This document shows, one piece after another, positions 1 to 8,715 of a stretch of 64,000 bases of DNA. The translations under genes were made by a program, and so were the position numbers. A model generated the notes under the pieces. That model made no database searches. It saw only the letters and a program-made list of their open reading frames with translations, and was not told the origin of the DNA. Positions within the stretch are counted from its first letter, which is position 1; each line of letters starts with the position of its first letter. Source of the stretch: Phycisphaerae bacterium (GTDB taxonomy: Bacteria > Planctomycetota > Phycisphaerae > UBA1845 > Fen-1342); NCBI GenBank assembly GCA_963675745.2, contig CAXXWX010000015.1, positions 32,001 through 96,000 on the forward strand. The letters run 5' to 3'.

Positions 1-76
1 CGGTCCCACATGGAAGGAAGAGGCCTGGCCTCCAGATTGACCGGACAGGTCCAGGCCCCAGGTGTATTTCCGAATA

Positions 77-99
77 GCGGGCGGGACGCCCGCCCCACC
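77..99 (-). repeat. GTGG-type REP-like palindrome inserted in frame in the RHS core
   Basis: Minus strand GGTGGGGCGGGCG-TCC-CGCCCGC hairpin; encodes QGGAGVPPA where the paralog at 4.3 kb has DDAV. Confidence 0.6.
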
Positions 100-400
100 C
101 TGATTCAGTCCGTCAAGCTCCATGATCGATTCGCCAGCCGTCGTAGATGAACTTCGTCAACGCCGTCGGGTTGTTCGGATCCCAGGCACCGCCGCCGGCG
201 TTTGGATCCCGCGGCTCCGTCGCCTTCCAGATCCGCCGACCCAGGTAATCATACCCGTAAGTATAACGCACGGTGGCGGCGTCGCGATTCGCCGTCGGCT
301 CAACCGCGATCAGCCGGTTCTCGCCGTCATAGACGTACCGCCGGGCGACGAAGTCGCGGCGCTGGTTGCCCGAGGCCGCCACGAACGGGTCGAGATCGCC

Positions 401-432
401 GGCCTGCCCTTGACGCCGCTCAAGGTGTCAAA
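401..432. repeat. 32-nt hairpin insertion element, copy 1
   Basis: GGCCTGCCCTTGACGCC-GCTCAA-GGTGTCAAA; interrupts VNT^GD of the second dockerin repeat. Confidence 0.85.
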
Positions 433-549
433 GGTGTTGACCTGCCCATCGCCGTTGAAGTCGCCGTTGAGGCAATCGCAGTATGGGTAATATGTGGCGT
501 ACGTCGCACAGCCGTACATCAGGGCGATCACAAACGCGTCGGTGTCGCC

Positions 550-581
550 AGCCTGCGCTTGACGCCGCTCAAGGTGTCAAG
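550..581. repeat. 32-nt hairpin insertion element, copy 2
   Basis: AGCCTGCGCTTGACGCC-GCTCAA-GGTGTCAAG; interrupts VNT^GD of the first dockerin repeat. Confidence 0.85.
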
Positions 582-761
582 GGTATTCACCAAGCCGTCA
601 CAATTCATGTCGGCGGCGATGAACTCCACGATCAGATTCCCGTCGGCGTCGTAACGCATGCCCTGCTCAACGTCGGCGGCGACCTCGGTCACGGTCGGAT
701 ATTGGTTCAGCTCGTTCGCCGTGTAAGCCCACTCGTGATCGCCGGGGATGTCCACGCGTAT

Positions 762-1241
762 TCACTCCACTTTCACCCCCTTTGTCCGTCCAACGATAGG
801 TGCACCACACTCGCTGCATCGGTCGGAAACAGTGCCCCGTAGATCATATCCGCATTCGGTACAGGTTCCCGCGCGATGACGTCTTGCGCCAACGGCGGCA
901 TAGAGCCGGACGGCGATGAGGATCGGGAGCACCGGCCATAGCGGGATGGTGATGCTCTTTGGGGAGGAACTGAGATGAATAGACGGCCATGCACGGTACT
1001 GCGGCCGTCGGAGCTGCATCCGTACGCCGTGCGTATAGCGTGCTGGCCTAATTGGCCAACCAGGCAATTCACCCCAATACACTACCACAGAACTACCCTT
1101 TATCCACACATCACCTTTCGTGGCGTGGCCGATCGCAAGCTCCATGCATCCCAGCACAGCGTACACTGCTGATGCGAAGAGGATCAGCCCAGCCTCTCGG
1201 GACATGCGCTGTAAGGTCATTCGAGTTCCCACGGTGGCCAT
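762..1241 (-). CDS. Membrane protein with C-terminal zinc ribbon, in the immunity-gene position
   Basis: Hydrophobic segments plus CTECGYDLRG..RCSECG; start overlaps the stop of the upstream RHS gene. Confidence 0.65.
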   Translation of the reverse strand: MATVGTRMTLQRMSREAGLILFASAVYAVLGCMELAIGHATKGDVWIKGSSVVVYWGELPGWPIRPARYTHGVRMQLRRPQYRAWPSIHLSSSPKSITIPLWPVLPILIAVRLYAAVGARRHRAGTCTECGYDLRGTVSDRCSECGAPIVGRTKGVKVE

Positions 1242-2704
1242 TACGGAAAGTCAACGGCCGGATCGTGCCAGTTGTCCCATCCCTTCCAGAAGAAATCTGA
1301 TGGACTTGATGCCCTAACAGAATAGCGGCTCGGAGGATCCTCGCGGCCGTGGTTGGTGGAGAAGTCTGGGGCGCCGAGTTGTCGGTCGGTCCAGTTGCCC
1401 CCCTTCTTCCCTTGATACCAGTCAAACTTGACACATCCAAGGATATACTGATCTTGACACGCCTTGCAGACAGCACACACTTCGAGAGTATGTTTGATAT
1501 TCTCCTTCGATGGATCACCGCCTCTTGGCGTCCATGGTCCGTCGCGGAAGGATATGGGTTGACTGCCTTTTAAGCCCATTCCGGGGGCATCGGTTTTGCC
1601 GGGGTTCTTCGAACGTTCACGTCGCTTTGCCTTCGTGGCGTCGACGCCAATTGTCTCGCCGGGCGTGTAGATCACCTGCACGAGGCGGATGTTCCTGCGC
1701 TTGCGGCACTCATTACAGGCACCGCACTTGATCTTCCTTCTCTCGTAGCTAAGATCATACGCTACTTGAAATCCAATGAGGCTATCAGGGTTGAGTCCTG
1801 CCTCTTCCAGTACCTTCCGATGCTCGGGTGAGTCAACATCGATGTCCGTAACTCGTTCTACCCAGAATAGCCCATACGGACCGCAGACAGCCGGTCGCCG
1901 CGGTGGCTTTGTGCCGAACGGATCGATGGTATCGGTCGGCCGACTGCAAGCGAACTCGTACACGTTGTTGCCGCCGGACTCCCCAATCGGATCCCGATTC
2001 ACCCACCGCCCAAGCTGCGCGTTGTAGTACCGATACCCGTAATAGCTCAGCCCCGTCTCCACGTCGAAGTACTTCGTGCTGAAGCGGAACGGGTTCGCGT
2101 CGGCGTAGGTGCCTTCGCTGCTCAAGAGCTTGCCGAACGGGGAGTATTCGTAGCGAGCGGTCAGCACGTCAGTTGACCAAGTCGTCGCGCGAATGTCGGC
2201 GAGCTGGCCGACGTTGCCGTTGGCGTCGTAGAAGTAGATGTACTTGTAATCGTTGACCTGCGGGCCGGTGCCGCGCGTGTCTTGCAGCGCCAGCAGGCCG
2301 CCGATTCCGCCGGCACCTTCCAGCGAGCCGCTCAGGTCCAGGCCCCAGGTGTACTTGCGCATGATCCTGTCGCCGTCCGTGCCGTCGAGTTCCAGCACCG
2401 GCCGCCAGCCGTGGCGGATGAACTTGCGATCGGCCGTCGTGGTCCACGCGCCGCCGGCGAACGTCTCGACCAGCTTCCGCACCCGGCGGCCACGATAATC
2501 ATACCCGAAACTCACGCGCACGTGGCCTTCGGCCGGGTTGCCGGTCGACTTGACCGCAACGAGCCGGTTCTCGCAGTCGTACTCGAACGACCGGGCGAGC
2601 ATCTGCGACATGCACCACAACGGCCGTAGTTGACGGTAGACGCGCCGAGGCAGCCAAGCGCTTTGGATGGTACACGCCACATCGCACCGGTGGAATGTGT
2701 TCAC
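1241..2704 (-). CDS. Orphan RHS repeat-associated core with a Cys-rich C-terminal toxin domain of unknown type
   Basis: YDCENRL, YDYRGRR, YTWGLDLSG, YEYSPFG, FRFSTKYFD, YYGYRYY..GRWVNRDPIGE..DPFG; RHS homology begins only at about 2595. Confidence 0.85.
   Translation of the reverse strand: MNTFHRCDVACTIQSAWLPRRVYRQLRPLWCMSQMLARSFEYDCENRLVAVKSTGNPAEGHVRVSFGYDYRGRRVRKLVETFAGGAWTTTADRKFIRHGWRPVLELDGTDGDRIMRKYTWGLDLSGSLEGAGGIGGLLALQDTRGTGPQVNDYKYIYFYDANGNVGQLADIRATTWSTDVLTARYEYSPFGKLLSSEGTYADANPFRFSTKYFDVETGLSYYGYRYYNAQLGRWVNRDPIGESGGNNVYEFACSRPTDTIDPFGTKPPRRPAVCGPYGLFWVERVTDIDVDSPEHRKVLEEAGLNPDSLIGFQVAYDLSYERRKIKCGACNECRKRRNIRLVQVIYTPGETIGVDATKAKRRERSKNPGKTDAPGMGLKGSQPISFRDGPWTPRGGDPSKENIKHTLEVCAVCKACQDQYILGCVKFDWYQGKKGGNWTDRQLGAPDFSTNHGREDPPSRYSVRASSPSDFFWKGWDNWHDPAVDFP
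1979..2308 (-). repeat. About 330-bp RHS core segment nearly identical to 3916..4245
   Basis: Direct repeat at offset 1937 encoding GGIGGLLALQ...RDPIGE. Confidence 0.9.
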
Positions 2705-3159
2705 CGAGGGAACAAGAAGCCAGACAGCGCCTCGCCGTCCCTCACTCGCCCCATTGCGCTCTCCTTAGATTCTAACTTCCGATATCCTCCAGGGTAAACA
2801 ACATAGCCGGTTCTCTTATCGACAAGGTCGATAATGAACACGCGCGTGACGTGGTCTCCCTCTTCGACCACGATCCTCGCAAAGGGCGGACGCTCCTCGA
2901 CGTGATCGAGATTCCAGCTGATCGCAAACCGCTCGCTCTGCGAAGCCGTGATAGTAAGCACCTGCCTTATTCTCCCTCGGTCAAGCGTGCCCGCTTGTGC
3001 CCAGGCGCTCGCCAAGTCAGAGACGCACCGCAGCAAGATCGATTCGCGAATGCGTGGTGCACTAGTTGGATCGTCGCTGACCTTTAGCAGCCATCCAATC
3101 GCGGCTACGCTGATCAGCGTAGTGATACACACCACAAAGAGTAGCCGCTTGACGCGCAT
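2701..3159 (-). CDS. Putative immunity protein with N-terminal signal/TM segment
   Basis: Immediately downstream of RHS toxin 3166..4449; hydrophobic N-terminus. Confidence 0.6.
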   Translation of the reverse strand: MRVKRLLFVVCITTLISVAAIGWLLKVSDDPTSAPRIRESILLRCVSDLASAWAQAGTLDRGRIRQVLTITASQSERFAISWNLDHVEERPPFARIVVEEGDHVTRVFIIDLVDKRTGYVVYPGGYRKLESKESAMGRVRDGEALSGFLFPR

Positions 3160-3165
3160 GACCAG

Positions 3166-4449
3166 TTACTTCGCCGGGCAGACGATAGGAATATCATGCC
3201 AATCTGTGAACGCGGGACGGATCTTCTTTGCAGAAGCGCGGAGTATGCCGTAGCGACTTACCAGATTCCGCCAACCGACGTCCCGAGCCGCCTCGCACGC
3301 GTACAGTGTTACGAATCCGAGACGGTGATGCAATGCCCGATTGGCGTCAAAGGCAGCAAGCCCATCCAGTTGTCCGTTGCCTCCTCCAGCGCACCACAGG
3401 ATCCCCTCGACGCCGTGACCACCAAAGAACCAACCGTGTATGTCCTGTTGCCCAAGATAGCCGCGTATATCTGCACTCGTAGCATAATTGTCATACACGA
3501 CCATGTATCCGCGGTTTTCGAGTTCCTTTCGATAGCCACTGATCGTCCAGGACACGTAGACGTTATTGAAACTCCACCAGTCCCATTTCATCCAGCGCTT
3601 CCAGGTGGCTGCGGACACATCACCCTTCGTGATGTAGACAGTGTTGGGCACGCTGAAGGGACATTCTGCGCAGCGGATCTCGGTGCCAGGGGGGATCCAC
3701 TTCCCACTCGTTTCATCGCGCAGCCACAGAGCAGATTCGCTCGGTTCCAGTTTGGCAAACTGTGCTGCGGTTTCCGTCGAGTCGCCCGCCTCTGACAGCA
3801 TTATTGCCCGAGCACCGCCTTGCCGCTTCCCGTCCTTCCATTTCCACAGCCCGAACGGGTCAACAGCAACCATCACCTGATTGCGCACATACAAATACTC
3901 ATTCGGCCCACCAACCTCCCCAATCGGATCCCGATTCACCCACCGTCCAAGCTGAGCATTGTAGTACCGATACCCGAAATAGCTCAGCCCCGTCTCGACG
4001 TCGAAGTACTTCGTGCTGAAGCGGAACGGGTTCGCATCGGCGTATGTGCCCGTGCTGCTCAGCAGCTTGCCAAACGGGGAGTATTCGTATTTCGCCGTCA
4101 GCACGTCAGCCGACCAGGTCGTCGCGCGAATGTCGGCGAGCTGGCCGACGTTGCCGTTGGCGTCGTAGAAGTAGATGTACTTGTAATCGTTGACCTGCGG
4201 GCCAGTGCCGCGCGTGTCTTGCAGCGCCAGCAGGCCGCCGATTCCACCGGCTCCATCGAGGCCCGACCGACCGGAGGTCAGTCCCCCATTTTGACCGGAC
4301 AGGTCCAGGCCCCACGTGTACGTGCGGATGACGGCATCATCGTTCAGTCCGTCCAGCTCCATCACGATTCGCCAGCCGTCGTAGATGAATTTGCGGTGCA
4401 CCGTCGCCGTGGCGTTCCACGCCGGCGTGCCAGTGTTCCAATTGTACAC
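3166..4449 (-). CDS. Orphan RHS core with a C-terminal caspase/CHAT-like (His-Gly...Cys) toxin domain; 5'-truncated
   Basis: RHS core motifs then DPFG; C-terminal WFFGGHG and VTLYAC. The frame stays open upstream (KAQYEYDYLGRRI) with no proper start. Confidence 0.8.
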   Translation of the reverse strand: MYNWNTGTPAWNATATVHRKFIYDGWRIVMELDGLNDDAVIRTYTWGLDLSGQNGGLTSGRSGLDGAGGIGGLLALQDTRGTGPQVNDYKYIYFYDANGNVGQLADIRATTWSADVLTAKYEYSPFGKLLSSTGTYADANPFRFSTKYFDVETGLSYFGYRYYNAQLGRWVNRDPIGEVGGPNEYLYVRNQVMVAVDPFGLWKWKDGKRQGGARAIMLSEAGDSTETAAQFAKLEPSESALWLRDETSGKWIPPGTEIRCAECPFSVPNTVYITKGDVSAATWKRWMKWDWWSFNNVYVSWTISGYRKELENRGYMVVYDNYATSADIRGYLGQQDIHGWFFGGHGVEGILWCAGGGNGQLDGLAAFDANRALHHRLGFVTLYACEAARDVGWRNLVSRYGILRASAKKIRPAFTDWHDIPIVCPAK

Positions 4450-4720
4450 GATCTTCGCGATGCGGCGGCCGAGATAGTCGTATTCGTACTGGGCCTTCGT
4501 GTGGGCCGCGAGCGCGGGCCACCCGTGCGAATCGTGTGGCTCGATTCGATCGTAACAGCAGCTATTTCCGGTTCGGTCGGCGTCGGCAAGACGCTACAAT
4601 GGATTCGACTTCGGTAGCGGGCCGCCCGGTGCACGGTGCCTCGAAGCGACGTGCCGGGCGGGCGTCGCTGCCCGTGATCAATAGAACTCTGCCAACTCAT
4701 CCGTCGCGAGGATCGCTGAA

Positions 4721-5719
4721 ATGAGGCGTGCGCGCCACACAACCCGGTCGGTGTTCGTGTTGCTGGCATCTCTGACCATTATGGCCTGCGGCGCTGCTGC
4801 CGAACTGATACAGGTCCAGGATCCGCTCCCGGCGGCTGTGGCGGGTCGCGTGTGGGTCTCGGCAGCTTGGGGGCCGGCGCCCGGCGCGTTCGGAATTGTC
4901 GATGAGGCCTCGCGCCCGGGGCCGATGGACTTCGCGATGCACGACGGGCACCTTTACGTGCTCGATCCGGTAAATGCCCGCGTGCAGGTTTTCGATCCGC
5001 GCGGTGGACTCAGTGGCATGATTCCGATCGGCACGCGGACCGCCGACTTCATCTGCGTCGATACGGACGGATCCATCGCGGTGCTCGACGCGTTCGTCAA
5101 GCGCGAACTGCGCGTGTTCGCGCCGAGCGGGGAGTTGCTGACAGCCGCGCGTCTACCTGACTCGCTGCGCCTGCCGTCGGCCATCTTCGCCGACAACGGG
5201 CAGTATCTGGTTGAGGAGCGGCACAATCGCGTGCTGGTGCTGCAAATCGACCGCGCCCGGCATGACCAGATTGCCCGGCCGGTGGCGGCCCTGAGCGGTC
5301 GTCCGCGCATGGCGGATGCCGAAACGATGCACGCCCGCAAGCTCGGCTTGCGCGATGTTGTGATTGACCGCCCAGGTACAGATGCTACGCAACAGACACT
5401 CCGCCTGCGCTTCCCCCGCTCCGTACGTTCAATCGTCGCACTGGAATCAGACGAGCACGGCAACACGTACGTCGCGGCGGCGTGCCTGCGTGACCCGCCG
5501 GTTGATGGTCCATCGGCCGATATCGTGATTACCGCACTGGCACCCGACGACGAACTGCTCGGCGTATTGATCGTCCCCGACCAGTACGTGACGGACCACT
5601 ATCGCAAGCTTCTGGTGACGCCGGATGGTGACGTCGTCCAAATGCAGACCCTGGAGACGGGCGTTCGGTTCATACGGTGGCGCATGCCGGCGTCAGCGGA
5701 GGAAGGGGGTGTGCGATGA
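4721..5719 (+). CDS. Exported NHL/beta-propeller-like protein
   Basis: Signal peptide; GP.DFAM..GHLYVLDPVNARVQVFD repeat; ATGA-coupled to the next gene. Confidence 0.75.
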   Translation: MRRARHTTRSVFVLLASLTIMACGAAAELIQVQDPLPAAVAGRVWVSAAWGPAPGAFGIVDEASRPGPMDFAMHDGHLYVLDPVNARVQVFDPRGGLSGMIPIGTRTADFICVDTDGSIAVLDAFVKRELRVFAPSGELLTAARLPDSLRLPSAIFADNGQYLVEERHNRVLVLQIDRARHDQIARPVAALSGRPRMADAETMHARKLGLRDVVIDRPGTDATQQTLRLRFPRSVRSIVALESDEHGNTYVAAACLRDPPVDGPSADIVITALAPDDELLGVLIVPDQYVTDHYRKLLVTPDGDVVQMQTLETGVRFIRWRMPASAEEGGVR

Positions 5720-8715
5720 CCACGTTGCGCACGTCACTTGCAGCCACCCTCGTTTTCGCGCTGGTCGCCGGCGCGCTGGGCCAAACACCACCCAAGACAC
5801 GCCAGGACATCTTGCGCTACGGCGCGACGGGGATCGGATCCCCATACGTGTGGGGCGGCGGCAATTGGGATCCAAACGACCGGGCGTTTGGCGGGGCCGA
5901 TTGTTCCGGCTTCGTCAGCAAGTGCTGGTCCATCTCGCGCTGGACGCCGTACCGAGTGAATCTGCATGGGCCCGCAACCTCCGGTTACATTCAGACGCCC
6001 GGCTCGGATTGGTACGAGGTTGATCGCGCCGACATGCTCTATGGCGATGCGATCGTCTATCGCTACAACAACAACCAGAGCGGCCACACGTACCTGTATC
6101 TCTCCGGCGACGGTTGGGGAGAGCACGAGATCTACGAGGCCCGCGGTACCGATTATGGCATCGTGCATCGCTGGCGGACCGCGTACGCCGACGCCGACAT
6201 CACTAAAGCCATTCGTTACGCCAACCTGATCGAAAACGTGGACGTTACCGAGCATATCGTCGAGTCCGACGACGGCGCACCGGCGTACACCGACATCGGG
6301 ATGACCGGTTCATCACAGTGGGACAGCTATGCCCTGGGCTGCACTGAGGGGGACTGCCGCTATCACTGGGTTACAGCCACGCGCAATGAGACATGCACGT
6401 TCCAACCGGACTTGCCGGAAGCCGGGTGGTATCGAGTTTACGTCACCTGCAACGAGGATAGCCCGAATGTGCATGATGTGGGAGTCACGGTGGACCATGC
6501 GCTCGGCAGCGTGCGCTACCTGTGGGACCAGGCGGATACCGCCGGCCTCAATCAGTGGGTGCCGGTAGGCGTCGACAGCTTCTATTTCGACGCTGGAACC
6601 GGTGGCACGGTGGTGTGGGACGACTTCGAGGCGTGGCCGACGACGGGCGATCACATCTTCCGCGGCGATGCCACGAAGTTCGTGCTCGACAATCGCGTTG
6701 TTGTGGATGGGGTAGGCGGAGCGCCTGGGGTCTTTGCGTCCCTCACCGACGCGGTTGGCTGGCTCAGAGCGCGCTCGTCGGAAGAGCCGGACATCATCGA
6801 CATTACCTGCGACATGTTGATCGAGCCCGGCTGCATCGAACTGGACATGTGGGATGACGTCACGATCAACGGCGACGCCGACGATAACGGCGTGAGCGTG
6901 ACCATCGCTGTAACGCCGAGCGCGCCGGCGGATTGGACTGTGCCGTGCGGGCTGTATCTTGATGTTCCGATTCAGCACGCGTGGACGCTGCGCGACATTG
7001 TCCTGATCCCCGCATACGTGTCGGCGGGCCACGCTAATGGGGCTCATGGCCTGGTGATTGATGAGCAGAATCCGTCGGGGCAGGCGAGTGGTGTCGGCCT
7101 GACGCTCGAGAACGTCACCGTTGCCGGCAGCCTGCCCGGAAATGTGCCGACTGACCCTGATAGTGACAACCGCGCGCTGGCGACGATGTTCGGCGGCGTC
7201 GGCGGTACGACCGACGGAGCCGTGCTGCAACGCACCGCGGATTGGGCCGGACACGACCTCTGCCGACAGACCGTTGCCGCCACCGATCTCACGATCACGC
7301 ACAGCGCCACGGCCGGCTTGGTTCTAACATCGGCGTATACGGCTTGGGAGATCGCGGGTGGCCTGCGGCTGACCTACAACGGCAACGCCGGCGTGAAGAC
7401 CTATCACATCGATGGCAGCACGTTGAAGGTCAGCGCCACGCCCGGCGCAGTGAACCAGATCGCTCATAACGTCGGCAATGGCATCGTGAACCTTGGTGAC
7501 GGCGGTACCGGCACGGTGCACGTCGAAAGCTGCGCGATTACCAACAACAGCGGCGGTGTGTACAACGAGGATGCAACCACCATCCTGCGCAACTGCGTCA
7601 TCGCCGACAACGCCGATGCCGGCACGGGCGGCGCGGTGTCGGTCGTGGGCGGCAACGTGATGGTGGAGAACTGCACGCTTGCGAACAACACGGCCAGTTC
7701 GGGCGGGGCGATCTACAGTTCCACCGGCACCGTGTCGCTCGCTAACTCGATCGTGTGGGCCAATGGGGCGAGCGCGCTGGTAGGCAGCATGGTGGCCAGT
7801 TACTGCGATATCGAAGGTGGCTTGGCTGGTGTCGGCAACATCGACCGCGATCCGGTTTTCGTCGACGCCAGCGCCGGCGATTACCACCTGCTTCGCCGCT
7901 CGCCGTGCATCAACGAAGCGAATCCAGCGTACACGGCCACGCCGGGCGAGTTGGACATGGATGGTGACACACGGGAGCAGGCGGCATTTCTCGATATCGG
8001 CGCCGATGAGACCGACTTCTGGGACGGCGACGCTGACCACGACGGCGATGTCGACGGCGACGATTTCGCGACGCTGATCGGGTGCCTGTCAGGGCCGGAC
8101 AACGTGCCGCCCGGCCCCGCGGCATGCCTTGATGTCTTCGATGTCGACGAAGATGGCGATGTGGACCTGCCCGACGCGGCCGAGTTTCGCTGGCGGGCCG
8201 CCGCTGGGACCGTGGTCCCGGACATCATTCTCGAGACGCGCGATGCGGGCGGGGCTATCCTGCCGTCGCCCGGCTACCTCGAAGACGGTTCGTGGAACAA
8301 CAGCACGGCCAAGAGCAGTCTGCCCGAGCTTGTGGGCTCCGGCAGCCGGTACATCAACTACGACCTGCCCAACAGCGGCACTGACAATGCGACATTCGTG
8401 CCGACAATCGCCGTCGATGGTGTATACGAGGTGTTCGTGACGTGGGGTACCGGCGCGAACTGCTACGATGCGCAGTACACCATCGAACACGCCGAAGGCA
8501 CGACCGTGCTGCTCGTTGACCAGATCCCGGAAGGCGTGGCCGGCGCGAATGCAAACACGTGGGTGTCCCTGGGGCAGTATCGGCTCACGGTTGGGCAGAG
8601 TGTGGCGAGTGGCTCGGTGAACGTGTCCGAGGTGACCGTCAGCGGCAAGCCGCACTCTGGCTGGAATCAGCGCGTCTACGCTGACGCGGCCAAGTGCGTA
8701 TACATCGGCGAGTAA
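5716..8715 (+). CDS. Secreted NlpC/P60-family multidomain protein (NlpC/P60, two golvesin/CBM-like modules, beta-helix repeats, dockerin-like domain)
   Basis: GSPYVWGG..ADCSGFV..H catalytic pattern; G.Y.V[YF]VT modules; C.I.NN..GG repeats; GDADHDGDVDGDD..FDVDEDGDVD; ATG at 5716. Confidence 0.8.
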   Translation: MTTLRTSLAATLVFALVAGALGQTPPKTRQDILRYGATGIGSPYVWGGGNWDPNDRAFGGADCSGFVSKCWSISRWTPYRVNLHGPATSGYIQTPGSDWYEVDRADMLYGDAIVYRYNNNQSGHTYLYLSGDGWGEHEIYEARGTDYGIVHRWRTAYADADITKAIRYANLIENVDVTEHIVESDDGAPAYTDIGMTGSSQWDSYALGCTEGDCRYHWVTATRNETCTFQPDLPEAGWYRVYVTCNEDSPNVHDVGVTVDHALGSVRYLWDQADTAGLNQWVPVGVDSFYFDAGTGGTVVWDDFEAWPTTGDHIFRGDATKFVLDNRVVVDGVGGAPGVFASLTDAVGWLRARSSEEPDIIDITCDMLIEPGCIELDMWDDVTINGDADDNGVSVTIAVTPSAPADWTVPCGLYLDVPIQHAWTLRDIVLIPAYVSAGHANGAHGLVIDEQNPSGQASGVGLTLENVTVAGSLPGNVPTDPDSDNRALATMFGGVGGTTDGAVLQRTADWAGHDLCRQTVAATDLTITHSATAGLVLTSAYTAWEIAGGLRLTYNGNAGVKTYHIDGSTLKVSATPGAVNQIAHNVGNGIVNLGDGGTGTVHVESCAITNNSGGVYNEDATTILRNCVIADNADAGTGGAVSVVGGNVMVENCTLANNTASSGGAIYSSTGTVSLANSIVWANGASALVGSMVASYCDIEGGLAGVGNIDRDPVFVDASAGDYHLLRRSPCINEANPAYTATPGELDMDGDTREQAAFLDIGADETDFWDGDADHDGDVDGDDFATLIGCLSGPDNVPPGPAACLDVFDVDEDGDVDLPDAAEFRWRAAAGTVVPDIILETRDAGGAILPSPGYLEDGSWNNSTAKSSLPELVGSGSRYINYDLPNSGTDNATFVPTIAVDGVYEVFVTWGTGANCYDAQYTIEHAEGTTVLLVDQIPEGVAGANANTWVSLGQYRLTVGQSVASGSVNVSEVTVSGKPHSGWNQRVYADAAKCVYIGE

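Larger units (their letters stand above)
1..755 (-). pseudogene. Fragmented RHS-core gene containing a dockerin-like double Ca-binding repeat; continues past the left window edge
   Basis: ORFs 528..755, 310..531 and 113..382 join into YTANELNQY..YDADGNL..DMNCDGLVNT/GDTDAFV..YPYCDCLNGDFNGDGQVNT/GDLDPFV..YVYDGENRL..YDYLGRR..FIYDGWR once two 32-nt inserts are removed. A further +1 frameshift near 127 continues as MELDGLN..IRKYTWGLDLSGQ. No RHS N-terminus. Confidence 0.85.

Noticed and set aside
401..581. Programmed translational bypass of the 32-nt inserts
   Set aside because: No identical take-off/landing codons, and the gene has an independent frameshift and no N-terminus; kept only as a remote alternative.
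1979..4245. DGR template/variable repeat pair
   Set aside because: No reverse transcriptase in the window; differences are mostly synonymous and not adenine-specific.
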